A stretch of DNA of 64,000 nt from Bacillota bacterium (lineage in GTDB: Bacteria; Sysuimicrobiota; Sysuimicrobiia; Sysuimicrobiales; Segetimicrobiaceae). The notes under the pieces are model-generated. The model was given only the letters and a program-made list of their open reading frames with translations. It did not search any database and was not told where the DNA came from. The stretch's first letter is position 1; every line of letters begins with the position of its first letter. Shown piece by piece: positions 8,880 through 18,004 of this stretch. Location: positions 13,092 through 77,091 of the forward strand of contig JAJPJJ010000082.1 of NCBI GenBank assembly GCA_021324295.1. The letters run 5' to 3'. The translations under genes were made by a program, and so were the position numbers.

Positions 8880-10259
8880 ATGATCGCCGATCTTGTCGTG
8901 CGCGGCGGGACGCTGGTCACGGGCGACGGGGTGCGGCGCGGCGGCCTGGCGGTGCGCGACGGGACGATCGCCGTGATCGACCGCGATGATGCCCTGCCCG
9001 GCGCCCGCGAGACGATCGACGCGGCGGGGTTGCACGTGCTGCCTGGGGTCATCGATACGCACGTGCATCTCCGCGATCCCGGCCGGCTGGAGCGCGAAGA
9101 CTGGATCACCGGCACGCGCGCCGCGGCAGCCGGCGGCATCACGACGATCCTGGAGATGCCGATCGCGATCCCCCCCGTGCACACAGCCGCGATCCTCCGG
9201 GAACGCGCGGCGGTCGTCGAGCCCAAGTCCCTGGTCGACTTCGGCCTCTACGCGGGCGCGAGCGGCGATAACCTCGAGGAGATCGAGGCGATGGCGGCGG
9301 CCGGCGCGGTGGCGTTCAAGACGTTTCGCACCGATCCGGTGCCGGGCCGTGAGGGCGAGTTCGTCGGGATCTGCTGCCCGGACGCCGGGCAGATGCTCGC
9401 GGTGATGGAACGCACCGCGCGCACGGGGCTGCTCCACGTCGTGCACGCGGAGGAGCAGCAGATCCTCAACATCACGGGGGCCCGCGCGCGGGCCAGCGGC
9501 CGGCGCGACGGGCGGGTGCACGCGGCGGCCCGGCCGCCGGTCGCCGAGGCGGCATCGGTCGCCCAGTGCATCGCGCTGGCAGCGGCGACGGGCGGCCGGC
9601 TGCAGATCGCCCACCTGAGCGCACCCGAGGCGGTCGACCTGGTCGCCGCCGCGAAGGACCGCGGCCTCAGGGTCACCGCGGAGACGTGCCCGCACTACCT
9701 GATGTTCACCGAGGAGGCGCTCGACGAGTGGGGCCCCTACGCCAAGTGCAATCCGCCCCTTCGGACGCGGGAGGCGCAGGATCGCCTGTGGGAGGCGGTG
9801 CGCGACGGCCGCATCGACGTGATCGGGACGGATCACTCCCCGTTTCTGGCCGCGGAGAAGGGAGATCCCGGCGGCGACATCTGGAGCGCCCCGCCGGGCC
9901 TGCCGGGGTTAGAGGAGCTCCTGCCGCTCATGCTCACGGCCGTGCACCGGGAACGCCTGACGCTGCCACAGCTCGTCCGCCTCGTGAGCGAGCGCCCGGC
10001 GCGACTCTTCGGGCTGTGGCCGCGCAAGGGCGCCCTCTCGGTGGGCGCGGATGCCGATCTCACCCTGGTGGACACGATGGCGGAGCACGTCCACGACCAC
10101 AGCCGGCTCCAGACCCGGGCGCGGGCCACCGCGCTGCTCTACGACGGCCTCCGGCTCCGCGGCAAGCCGGTCGCCACAATCGTACGCGGGCGTGTCGTGA
10201 TGCGGGACGGCCGCATCGCCGGCGAGCCCGGGTGGGGGCGCTGGGTGCGCCCTCGCTGA
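8880..10259 (+). CDS. Cyclic amidohydrolase, dihydroorotase/allantoinase-like (type I DHOase fold)
   Basis: VIDTHVHLRDPG metal-binding motif, AVAFKTFRTD (carbamylated-Lys FKxF context), VIGTDHSP, C-terminal GADADLTLVD. Confidence 0.85.
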   Translation: MIADLVVRGGTLVTGDGVRRGGLAVRDGTIAVIDRDDALPGARETIDAAGLHVLPGVIDTHVHLRDPGRLEREDWITGTRAAAAGGITTILEMPIAIPPVHTAAILRERAAVVEPKSLVDFGLYAGASGDNLEEIEAMAAAGAVAFKTFRTDPVPGREGEFVGICCPDAGQMLAVMERTARTGLLHVVHAEEQQILNITGARARASGRRDGRVHAAARPPVAEAASVAQCIALAAATGGRLQIAHLSAPEAVDLVAAAKDRGLRVTAETCPHYLMFTEEALDEWGPYAKCNPPLRTREAQDRLWEAVRDGRIDVIGTDHSPFLAAEKGDPGGDIWSAPPGLPGLEELLPLMLTAVHRERLTLPQLVRLVSERPARLFGLWPRKGALSVGADADLTLVDTMAEHVHDHSRLQTRARATALLYDGLRLRGKPVATIVRGRVVMRDGRIAGEPGWGRWVRPR

Positions 10260-10271
10260 GAGGAGGGATCG

Positions 10272-10727
10272 ATGATTACCGGGATCAAGCACATCGCCAT
10301 CGCCGTGCGGGACCTCGATGCCGCTCTTGGGAAGTACCAGGACATCCTCGGCGTGCGCGACGTCGTCCGCCACGAGTTTGAGAAGGCCCGGTCCAGCGAG
10401 GCGCACTTCATGCTGGGCGGGATCCAGATCCAGCTCTGCCGGTCGTGGGACGCCGAGGGGCGGTTCGCCCGCTACATCGCGGACCACGGCGACGAAGGCG
10501 TCCACCACATCTGCTACACCACCGACGATATCGCGCGGGAGATCGCGGCCGCCGTGCAGCGCGGCGCGACGCTCAAGCCGTGCGCGAGCTGTCGGGTCAC
10601 AGGCCCGCACAAGCACTCCGAAGGATGGGTGGCGTTCCTCCAGGACAAGCTCTCGGGGCTGGAGACGGAGTTCATGCAGGTGTACGGGCCGGGCGAGGGG
10701 CCGGATCTCGACCGGCGGGCGATGTAG
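10272..10727 (+). CDS. VOC/glyoxalase-family protein (methylmalonyl-CoA epimerase-like)
   Basis: MITGIKHIAIAVRDLDAALGKYQDILGV… is typical of VOC/MCE N-termini. Confidence 0.8.
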   Translation: MITGIKHIAIAVRDLDAALGKYQDILGVRDVVRHEFEKARSSEAHFMLGGIQIQLCRSWDAEGRFARYIADHGDEGVHHICYTTDDIAREIAAAVQRGATLKPCASCRVTGPHKHSEGWVAFLQDKLSGLETEFMQVYGPGEGPDLDRRAM

Positions 10728-10856
10728 TGCGCGTCGTGTGCCGGACGTACGTACCCGGGTGCCGGCTCCCAGCCGCGGCAGGCCGGCACCGCAGGAGACC
10801 GCCCGGCGTGCGCCGTAGTAGCCTGCGACACCCACCATCGTGACGAGGAGTCGCCC

Positions 10857-12215
10857 ATGGCCAAGGACGTGAGCACCCGCGCGGCGACCGCCCCCGGTCC
10901 GGTGTCCCAGGCGTGGGCCGCGCGCCGGCAGGCGGCCGTGCCCCGGGGCGTCGCCAACGCGACCCCGCTGTTCATCGCCTCCGGCCGCGGCGCCCGGATC
11001 ACGGACGCCGACGGCCGCACGTACATCGACTTCGCGGGCGGGATCGGGACGCTCAACGTGGGCCACTGCCATCCCCGCGTGGTCGCGGCGATCAAGGAGC
11101 AGGCGGACCGCTTCCTGCACACTTGTTTCCAGGTCGTGATGTACGAAGGGTACGTGGCGGTGGCGGAGCGGCTCGCCGCGCTCACGCCCGGCGCCTTTCC
11201 CAAGAAGACCCTGCTGTTGAGCAGCGGCGCGGAAGCGGTCGAGAACGCGGTCAAGATCGCGCGCGCGTACACGGGGCGCCCCGCGGTCATCGCGTTCACG
11301 AACGCCTTTCACGGCCGTACCCTGGGGGCGCTGGCGCTCACGGGCAAGGAGCATCCCTACAAGACATCGTTCGGACCGTTCGCGCCGGAGATCTACCACG
11401 CGCCGTTCCCGTACGTGTACCGGTTCCCGGGCCGGCCCGGGCCCGAGCAGTGCGCGCGGGCCTGCCTCGCGGCGCTCGAGGGCATGTTCCATACCGTCGT
11501 GGCGCCGGAGCGCGTCGCCGCGATCATCGTGGAGCCGGTGCAGGGCGAGGGCGGGTTCATCGTGCCCCCGCGGGAGTTCCTGGCCGGGCTCCGCGCGTTG
11601 TGCGACCGCCACCGGCTCCTGCTCATCGCCGACGAGATCCAGACGGGATTCGGGCGCACGGGGCGGATGTTTGCGTGCGAGCACTTCGGGATCGTGCCGG
11701 ACGTGATGGTCGTCGCCAAGTCGCTGGCGGCCGGCCTGCCGCTGAGCGCGGTCGTCGGCCGGGCCGACGTGATGGACGCTCCCGAAGCCGGCGGGCTCGG
11801 GGGCACCTACGCGGGGAACCCGGTGGCGTGCGCCGCGGCGCTCGCGGTCCTCGACGTGTTCGAGGAGGAGCGCCTAGTGGAGCGCGCGCGCCATCTCGGC
11901 GAGCGCATCCAGGCCGCCTTGGGCGCGATGGCAGGCCGGCACGCGCTTGTGGGCGAGGTGCGGGCTCTCGGGCCGATGGCGGCGCTCGAGCTCGTCCGCG
12001 ATCGCGAGACGCGGGAACCGGCGCCGGAGGAGACCGGCGCGGTCCTCGCGCGGTGCCGCGAGCAGGGGCTGATCGTCATCCGGTGCGGGCTGTTCAACAA
12101 CGTCGTGCGGATCCTCGTCCCCCTGGTCGCCACCGACGACGAGGTGACATCGGGCCTCGAGATCCTGGACGGTGCGCTCCGCGCGGTCGGTCGGAGCGTG
12201 GCCCCAACCCTGTAG
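10857..12215 (+). CDS. Class III (omega/GABA/diaminobutyrate-type) PLP aminotransferase
   Basis: …RITDADGRTYIDFAGGIGTLNVGHCHPRVVAAIKEQ…IADEIQTGFGRTG…VVAKSLAAGLP… canonical class-III motifs. Confidence 0.9.
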   Translation: MAKDVSTRAATAPGPVSQAWAARRQAAVPRGVANATPLFIASGRGARITDADGRTYIDFAGGIGTLNVGHCHPRVVAAIKEQADRFLHTCFQVVMYEGYVAVAERLAALTPGAFPKKTLLLSSGAEAVENAVKIARAYTGRPAVIAFTNAFHGRTLGALALTGKEHPYKTSFGPFAPEIYHAPFPYVYRFPGRPGPEQCARACLAALEGMFHTVVAPERVAAIIVEPVQGEGGFIVPPREFLAGLRALCDRHRLLLIADEIQTGFGRTGRMFACEHFGIVPDVMVVAKSLAAGLPLSAVVGRADVMDAPEAGGLGGTYAGNPVACAAALAVLDVFEEERLVERARHLGERIQAALGAMAGRHALVGEVRALGPMAALELVRDRETREPAPEETGAVLARCREQGLIVIRCGLFNNVVRILVPLVATDDEVTSGLEILDGALRAVGRSVAPTL

Positions 12216-12269
12216 CGCGCGCCGGCCGCGCGGCGAGGGGCCGGCCCCGGGCTCCGTCCACGCGCCTGC

Positions 12270-13250
12270 ATGACCCTCGACGCGTCGCGGCCCACGGTCG
12301 TCGTGCTCCACCACGGGGAGCGCCCCCCGGGGCTCGAGTCGGTGGCGGGCGCGGCCGAGGTCCGGTACGCGGGATCCCTGGAGGCCCTGCGGGCCGCGCT
12401 GCCGGGCGCCGAGGTTCTCTTCGTCGCCGATTTCCGATCGCGGATGCTCCGCGAGGCGTGGCCGGCGGCCCGCGACCTCCGGTGGATCCATCTTGCCGGC
12501 GCCGGCGTCGATGCCGTGCTCTTCCCCGGGCTCGTGAGCAGCCCGGTCGTGCTCACGAACTCGCGGGGCATCTTCGACCGCGCCATGGCGGAGTACGTCC
12601 TCGGGCTCATGCTGGCGTTGGCGAAGGACCTCCCGCGGACGCTGGAGCTCCAACGGCGCCGCGCGTGGCAGCACCGGGAGACCGACCGCCTGGAGGGCCG
12701 GACCGTCCTCGTCGTTGGGGCGGGCAGCATCGGACGCGAGGTGGGGCGGTTCGCCCGCGCCGCGGGCATGCGCGTGCTCGGGGTGGCTCGCCGGCGCCGC
12801 GACGCGGATCCCGACTTCGAACGCGTGGCGGCCGTCGAGGAGCTCCACGCCGTCCTTCCGGAGGCGGACTATGTCGTGCTCACGCTGCCGCTCACGCCCG
12901 ACACACGAGGCCTGGTCGGGGCGGCGGCGCTGGCGCGGATGAAGCGGACGGCGCGCCTGATCAACGTGGCCCGGGGCGCGGTGGTGGACGAGGCCGCTCT
13001 CCTGGATGCCCTCCGGTCGGGCCGGATCGCGGGAGCGGCCCTCGATGTCTTTGTGGACGAGCCGCTACCGCACGATCACCCGTTCTGGGAGCTTCCCACC
13101 GTGATCGTCTCCCCGCACATGTCGGGTGACTTCGCCGGCCATCGCGAGGCGCTCTCTCAGCTGTTCGTCGAGAACTTTCGCCGCTGGCTCGCCGGCGCGC
13201 CCCTCCTCAACGTCGTGGACAAGGAGCGCGGGTACATCCCGACCGGGTAG
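12270..13250 (+). CDS. D-isomer-specific 2-hydroxyacid dehydrogenase, NAD-binding
   Basis: GRTVLVVGAGSIGREVGR… Rossmann motif, …INVARGAVVDEAALLDAL…, …AALDVFVDEPL…. Confidence 0.85.
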   Translation: MTLDASRPTVVVLHHGERPPGLESVAGAAEVRYAGSLEALRAALPGAEVLFVADFRSRMLREAWPAARDLRWIHLAGAGVDAVLFPGLVSSPVVLTNSRGIFDRAMAEYVLGLMLALAKDLPRTLELQRRRAWQHRETDRLEGRTVLVVGAGSIGREVGRFARAAGMRVLGVARRRRDADPDFERVAAVEELHAVLPEADYVVLTLPLTPDTRGLVGAAALARMKRTARLINVARGAVVDEAALLDALRSGRIAGAALDVFVDEPLPHDHPFWELPTVIVSPHMSGDFAGHREALSQLFVENFRRWLAGAPLLNVVDKERGYIPTG

Positions 13251-13288
13251 CGGCGGTCCCGCCCGCGTGCGCCCGCGGTGTGCGCGAC

Positions 13289-14302
13289 TCAGCTCGCAAG
13301 GCAGGCCATCGCCTCGACACCGTCTGCGAGGGCGCCGCCAGGCCAGGAGATGTCGAGCGCCTTCCAGGTCCGTCCCGCGTCGGCGGAGCGGTACACCGCG
13401 TGGTTGTTGGCCGCGTACACGACGCCCCTTTCTCCGGGGTGCGTCGCGAAGTGGCTCACCGTCGTCCCCCGGGCGTCCGGGAGCCCTTGCGTCGCCGGCT
13501 CCCACGGGCGCCGCATCGTCTTCCGGTAGACGTGCGCCTCGGCGCTCCGCGGGCTGTAGGCCGCCCAGGGGCCGTCCGCGGCCGAAACGATGGCCGTCTC
13601 CGGGTCCGCCGGGTCGACCGCAAGGCCCACCACGTATCGGTGCCGCAGCCCGTCGACGTCGCGTCTCCACCGGTCGCCCCCATCGTCGCTCTCGAAATAC
13701 CCGTCGCCCGCCGCAGAGTAGACGCGGCCCGGCGCCAGCCTGTGGGTGGCCGCGGTGTGCGTATCGTACGGCCCGTCCGGCACGCGATCCGTCCACGTCC
13801 GTCCGCCGTCGAGCGTCCGGACGAGCGCGCCGGCCTCGATCGCGACGAACACGCGACCCGCGACGGCCCGGTCGGGCTCGATCCACCGCACGTGATGCGT
13901 GTGCGGCCGCGGCGGGAAGCTCCACGTGGGGGCGGACGGGAGGGTCCGCAGCCCTGAGAGCTCGCTCCAGGTCTCGCCCCCATCGCCGGAGCGAAAGACC
14001 GCGCTCGGCTCCGTTCCCGCGTACACCACGCCGGGCCGGTGGCCGCGCTCCATCGGGCTGACCGCCACGGCGGTGACGTCCGCGTGAGCGATGCCCGATC
14101 CCGCCGGCCCCCAGGTCCGTCCGCCGTCGTCGCTGCGCCACACCCCGTGGCCGCTGGTCCCGCAGTACACCCGCGACGGATCGTGGGGGTCCGCGGCGAT
14201 GCACGTGGGAGACCGGCCTTTGAGGTGTTCCTCGACCGACCATGCAGAGGCACGGCGAGCGATCAGGAGCGCGCGCTCCGTGGCAACGATGAGGGTGCTC
14301 AC
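13289..14302 (-). CDS. BNR/Asp-box repeat protein (Ycf48/sialidase-like beta-propeller)
   Basis: Repeated SxDxGxTW Asp-box motifs (SDDGGRTW, SGDGGETW, LDGGRTW, SDDGGDRW, SADAGRTW). Confidence 0.8.
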   Translation of the reverse strand: MSTLIVATERALLIARRASAWSVEEHLKGRSPTCIAADPHDPSRVYCGTSGHGVWRSDDGGRTWGPAGSGIAHADVTAVAVSPMERGHRPGVVYAGTEPSAVFRSGDGGETWSELSGLRTLPSAPTWSFPPRPHTHHVRWIEPDRAVAGRVFVAIEAGALVRTLDGGRTWTDRVPDGPYDTHTAATHRLAPGRVYSAAGDGYFESDDGGDRWRRDVDGLRHRYVVGLAVDPADPETAIVSAADGPWAAYSPRSAEAHVYRKTMRRPWEPATQGLPDARGTTVSHFATHPGERGVVYAANNHAVYRSADAGRTWKALDISWPGGALADGVEAMACLAS

Positions 14303-14642
14303 AGGTCCCCGTGTTCTCCGCCCTGGCGGCGCATGCCTCCCGTGCCGGGGACACGCACCGTCCGTTCCCCGCCGTCATCGTCCGGCGGGGATCACGTCGG
14401 GGTCCCGCTAGCCCGGCACCGTCTTGGGTACATTGTTACGACAGTACAACGGAGCGTTGCGATGCCGCGCGGGCAGGCCGCGCGATGTGGTCGGACGGGT
14501 TGCCCGAGAGCCGCCGCCCGGATACGGCCAAGGGGCGGCGGCTCGCCTCGGGCGAGCGGGTCGGGGGCGCGCCCGGCTGGATGACAAAGGGAGGCACACC
14601 GCTCTCGTCGAACGGCGGCTCCAAAGGATCGGGTGAGCGCAC

Positions 14643-15866
14643 ATGAGAGACAGGCTCCGGTCTGCCGGTCTGCGATATCGCGCAGCGCTTGCATTGACCC
14701 TCGCGGCGACCCTCGCCTCTCTGGCCCCGCAGGCGGCCCACGCCGATGCCACGAAGCTGATCCGTCCCGGCGACTCCATCGGCCCGGCGCGGATCGGGAT
14801 GTCCGCCTCCGGCCTAGTGGCTGCGCTCGGCCGTCCCGTGCAGGCGCCGGCGGGGCAGCTCGTGTTCCCCCGCTGGGGTATCGCCGCCTCGCTCGAGGGT
14901 GGCGTCGCGGTGCGGCTCAGCACGACGAGCCCGCAGTTCCGAACCGCCCGCGGCGTGGGGGTGGGCGCCGCGCTCGAGGAGGTCGCCGCGCTCGTGGGCG
15001 ACCTGAACGAGGCGTTCATGCAGGTGGGGGCGGATACGATCGTGACGTTCCCGTTCCAGGGAATCGGCCTGGTGTTCCGCGGGGGCCGGGCGGTCGAGGT
15101 CTTCGTCATGGAGCGGATCGCCATGGGGCCGCCCGCCACCCCGCCCGGCGCTCCGGCGCGCGGCCCGCAGGCGCCGGCCCCTCCGGCGCCGGCGAGGGAG
15201 CCGCAGGAGACACAGGGTGCGGCGCCGGCCGGGGTCGCCATCAAGGGGCTCGCGGAGATGGTGAACGCGGCCGGCCTGCTCCGCGTGACGGGGCAGGTCG
15301 TGAACACCGGCACGGAGCGGATCGAGCCGGTGTCCGTGACGGTGACGTTCCAGCGCAGGAGCGGCGAGCAATTCGAGAAGCAGAGCACGCTCGCGGCGCT
15401 CGCGCCGGGCGCGGCCGCCCCGTTCACGGTCGACACGGTCATCGAGGCGGATGTCGTCACCAGCTACACCGTGGCGGTTACCGCGGGCCCCGACCTCGCG
15501 GCCGCGCCCGGCGCGCGGCAGACCCGGGTGGTGCCGCCCTCCGCGTACGCCGAGTTTGCGAGACAGCGGGTCCGGGTGGAGGTCCAGCTCGGGGCGCCGG
15601 CGGCCGGCGCCCGGGGGGCGTTCGTGCAGGTGCTGCTCTCGATTGGGGAGACGCGCCCGCTCCCGCGGGGCTGGGTCAAGAGCGTGCGGGTCCTCATCCC
15701 GTCTCCCGCGGGCTCGCAGGAGGCCCAGGTTGCCCCCGACAGCGTCGTGACGGTCCTCGTGCCCGCCGCGACGCCGGCCGGGCTCCCGCAGCCGGGGCAA
15801 CCGCTGCCGCCGGCCGAGGACCTAATCGGCGAGCCGCAGATCCTGGAGGTCGTGCTCGCGCCGTAG
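14643..15866 (+). CDS. Secreted hypothetical protein with Pro-rich linker and CARDB/Ig-like domain
   Basis: Signal peptide (…ALALTLAATLASLAPQAAHA). Linker PPATPPGAPARGPQAPAPPAPA. …VTGQVVNTGTERIEPVSVTVTF… resembles CARDB-type domains. Confidence 0.7.
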   Translation: MRDRLRSAGLRYRAALALTLAATLASLAPQAAHADATKLIRPGDSIGPARIGMSASGLVAALGRPVQAPAGQLVFPRWGIAASLEGGVAVRLSTTSPQFRTARGVGVGAALEEVAALVGDLNEAFMQVGADTIVTFPFQGIGLVFRGGRAVEVFVMERIAMGPPATPPGAPARGPQAPAPPAPAREPQETQGAAPAGVAIKGLAEMVNAAGLLRVTGQVVNTGTERIEPVSVTVTFQRRSGEQFEKQSTLAALAPGAAAPFTVDTVIEADVVTSYTVAVTAGPDLAAAPGARQTRVVPPSAYAEFARQRVRVEVQLGAPAAGARGAFVQVLLSIGETRPLPRGWVKSVRVLIPSPAGSQEAQVAPDSVVTVLVPAATPAGLPQPGQPLPPAEDLIGEPQILEVVLAP

Positions 15867-15889
15867 CCCCGCCGGCGCTACGGCGCCAC

Positions 15890-16567
15890 TCAGGAATCCC
15901 TCCCGGGCGCCACGTGCGTCCCGCTGAGCACCCCCTTCTCCAGGGCGAACGCCACCGCCTGGGCGCGATTGCGGATCCCGAGCTTCCGATAGATCGCTCG
16001 CAGGTGGGTCTTCACCGTGGCCGCGGACACCGAGAGCCTGCCCGCGATCTCCTTGTCGCTCAGGCCCTGCGCGACCAGGCGGAGCACATCGACGTCGCGC
16101 TGTGTGAGCCCGTGGAAGCGGGACAGCGGAGTCGGCGAGCCGCCGGTGGTGGAGAGATAGTTCACCAACTGGCGCGCGATCGACGGGCTGAGCGCGGCTT
16201 TGCCCTCCCGCACGCCGCGAATCGCGCTCGCCAAGTGCACGGGCGCAATATCGTCCAGCACGTAGCCCACAGCGCCCGCCCGCGCCGCTTCCTGGAAACT
16301 CTGGTACGCGTCCACCGGGGTGACGACGAGGACTTCGGTCTTGGGGCACTGCTGCTTGATCGCCCGGATGGTCTTGATGCCATCCCGGTCGGGCAGCCGG
16401 ACATCGATCAGGACCACATCCGGGCGCAATCGCGCGGCCGCGGCGACGGCGTCCTGGTCCGTGCCCGCTTCTCCCGCGATCTCGATGTCCGGCTCGGCGC
16501 GGAGCCCGTACTTGATCCCTTCCCGTACCAGGGGCTGCGCGTTGACGAGGAGCACGCGAATCGCCAC
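15890..16567 (-). CDS. Response regulator, NarL/FixJ (LuxR HTH) family, with no kinase adjacent
   Basis: REC domain (…VLLVNAQPLVREGIKYGL…DVVLIDVRLPDRDG…) plus C-terminal LuxR HTH (…LTQRDVDVLRLVAQGLSDKEIAGRLSVSAATVKTHLRAIYRKLG…). GTG start with SD gggaggg. Confidence 0.85.
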   Translation of the reverse strand: MAIRVLLVNAQPLVREGIKYGLRAEPDIEIAGEAGTDQDAVAAAARLRPDVVLIDVRLPDRDGIKTIRAIKQQCPKTEVLVVTPVDAYQSFQEAARAGAVGYVLDDIAPVHLASAIRGVREGKAALSPSIARQLVNYLSTTGGSPTPLSRFHGLTQRDVDVLRLVAQGLSDKEIAGRLSVSAATVKTHLRAIYRKLGIRNRAQAVAFALEKGVLSGTHVAPGRDS

Positions 16568-16729
16568 CGCATCCCTCCCGCTGACGGCGGGGCGCCGTGA
16601 TCTGAGGCGCCGGGCGGTGTCGGCGGCACTATACCGGGCGCGCGCGCGCGTCGTCAATGGAAGTTCTCTGCGCGTTTATCGGTGGTTTACCAGAACTCTG
16701 AGGAGAGGCGGCCGAGCGAGGCGCCCGCG

Positions 16730-17260
16730 CTACTCGGCGAAGTCCTCCGTGACGATGAAGCCCGCCGCGCCCGCGGTGGCGACGCCGATGCCGACGCTGT
16801 GGAACGCGGGGTGCACCATGTTGCGCAGGTGCCCGGGGCTGGCCAGGAAGTGCACGTGTGCCTGTTCGGTCGTCCTGGCAGACGTCACGTTCTCTCCCAC
16901 GAGCATCCCCGCCGGCACGACGCGCGACAGCCGCTCCACGAACGACTCGCCGCCGACGGAGCCGTGCCCGATGTAGCCCGCCAGCGCCATTTCCTGCGAG
17001 TGCCGCCTCGCGATCGACCGCAGCGAGTCGTTCATGATGAGCGGCGCCAGGTGGTGCTGCCGCCGGGTCTCGTTCAGCAGCGCGAGGAGCGCTGTCTCGA
17101 TGCCGGGAACGACCTGGCTCTGCGGCACGGCGCCGCGCGTCGCGACGACGGTCGCGCTGATGTCGCCTGCGACCTCGGGCGATGCCGGCCGGGCGACGGC
17201 CGCCAGCAGCGCGGCAAGCCAGCACGCCGGTACGAGCACGGAGCGACGGGGCAGCGCCAT
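16730..17260 (-). CDS. CAP (SCP/PR-1/YkwD-like) domain secreted protein
   Basis: Signal peptide. …LLNETRRQHHLAPLIMNDSLRSIARRHSQEMA… and …HFLASPGHLRNMVHPAFHSVGIGV… match CAP motifs. Confidence 0.8.
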   Translation of the reverse strand: MALPRRSVLVPACWLAALLAAVARPASPEVAGDISATVVATRGAVPQSQVVPGIETALLALLNETRRQHHLAPLIMNDSLRSIARRHSQEMALAGYIGHGSVGGESFVERLSRVVPAGMLVGENVTSARTTEQAHVHFLASPGHLRNMVHPAFHSVGIGVATAGAAGFIVTEDFAE

Positions 17261-17537
17261 TGGGTAGCCCGCGGACGTCCTTCCCCCGAACGACCCCAGC
17301 CTACAGGGAAACGACGGCGCCGCTCCTCGTTCACCCGATCAGATGGCCTGCGCCAAACGAATGGCGAGAGGACGTTCGTGGCGCCGCGCCGGCCCGCGCT
17401 CGCCGACCGTGATTGGCGGGAGGCGCCGAGGGGGAGATCTATATTCGCATGATCGGGACGTGTGGGGGAGAGCGTCGCGCACGGCCCCCCGGCTGGGCGG
17501 CGATCGGCGGCAGGCCACAGGGCGAAGGAGAGCGGCG

Positions 17538-17906
17538 ATGCTTGAGAAGCTCTTCGACCGGATCGGCCAGATGCAGGGCGCGGCGGCGACCAGGACGGTG
17601 TTCGGTGAGCCGATGGAGGTCCGCGGCCGCACGATCATTCCCGTCGCCCGCCTTCGCTACGGCTTCGGCATGGGGAGTGGCCGAGGCCGGGGAGCGGTGC
17701 AGGATCAGAGCGGCGAGGGAGGCGGCGGTGGGGGCGGGGTTTCGATCCGGCCGTTGGCCGTCGTGGAGGTCACGGATCAGGCGACCCGCGTGACCTCGAT
17801 CGTCGACGTGACGCGGCTGGCCCTCGCCGGGATCGCGATGGTGGCATGGAGCGTCTTCTGGATCGCCAGGGCGGTCGGCGACCGCGGCCGCCGATCACAT
17901 CCCTGA
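17538..17906 (+). CDS. GerW/YtfJ-family sporulation protein
   Basis: …TVFGEPMEVRGRTIIPVARLRYGFGMGSG…GGGGGG…IRPLAVVEV… matches the YtfJ/GerW family pattern. The start ATG is in frame within a longer ORF. Confidence 0.75.
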   Translation: MLEKLFDRIGQMQGAAATRTVFGEPMEVRGRTIIPVARLRYGFGMGSGRGRGAVQDQSGEGGGGGGGVSIRPLAVVEVTDQATRVTSIVDVTRLALAGIAMVAWSVFWIARAVGDRGRRSHP

Positions 17907-18004
17907 GCCAACCCGCCGTCCGCACCGGCTCGTGAGGGTGGATCGACCGGACTAGTCCGAAAGATGAGCCGCCGAACAAAGAGTCAGCGCCCCCGCGGGG
18001 CGAA

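Noticed and set aside
10913-13129. 738-aa plus-strand ORF overlapping the aminotransferase and the 2-hydroxyacid dehydrogenase in another frame
   Set aside because: Arg/Gly/Pro-dominated, no domain signal. The in-frame genes at 10857-12215 and 12270-13250 carry clear family motifs.
17343-17537. Upstream extension of the GerW-like ORF (ORF track start 17343)
   Set aside because: The extension overlaps the divergent promoter region and is not family-like. The ATG at 17538 gives the family-typical N-terminus.
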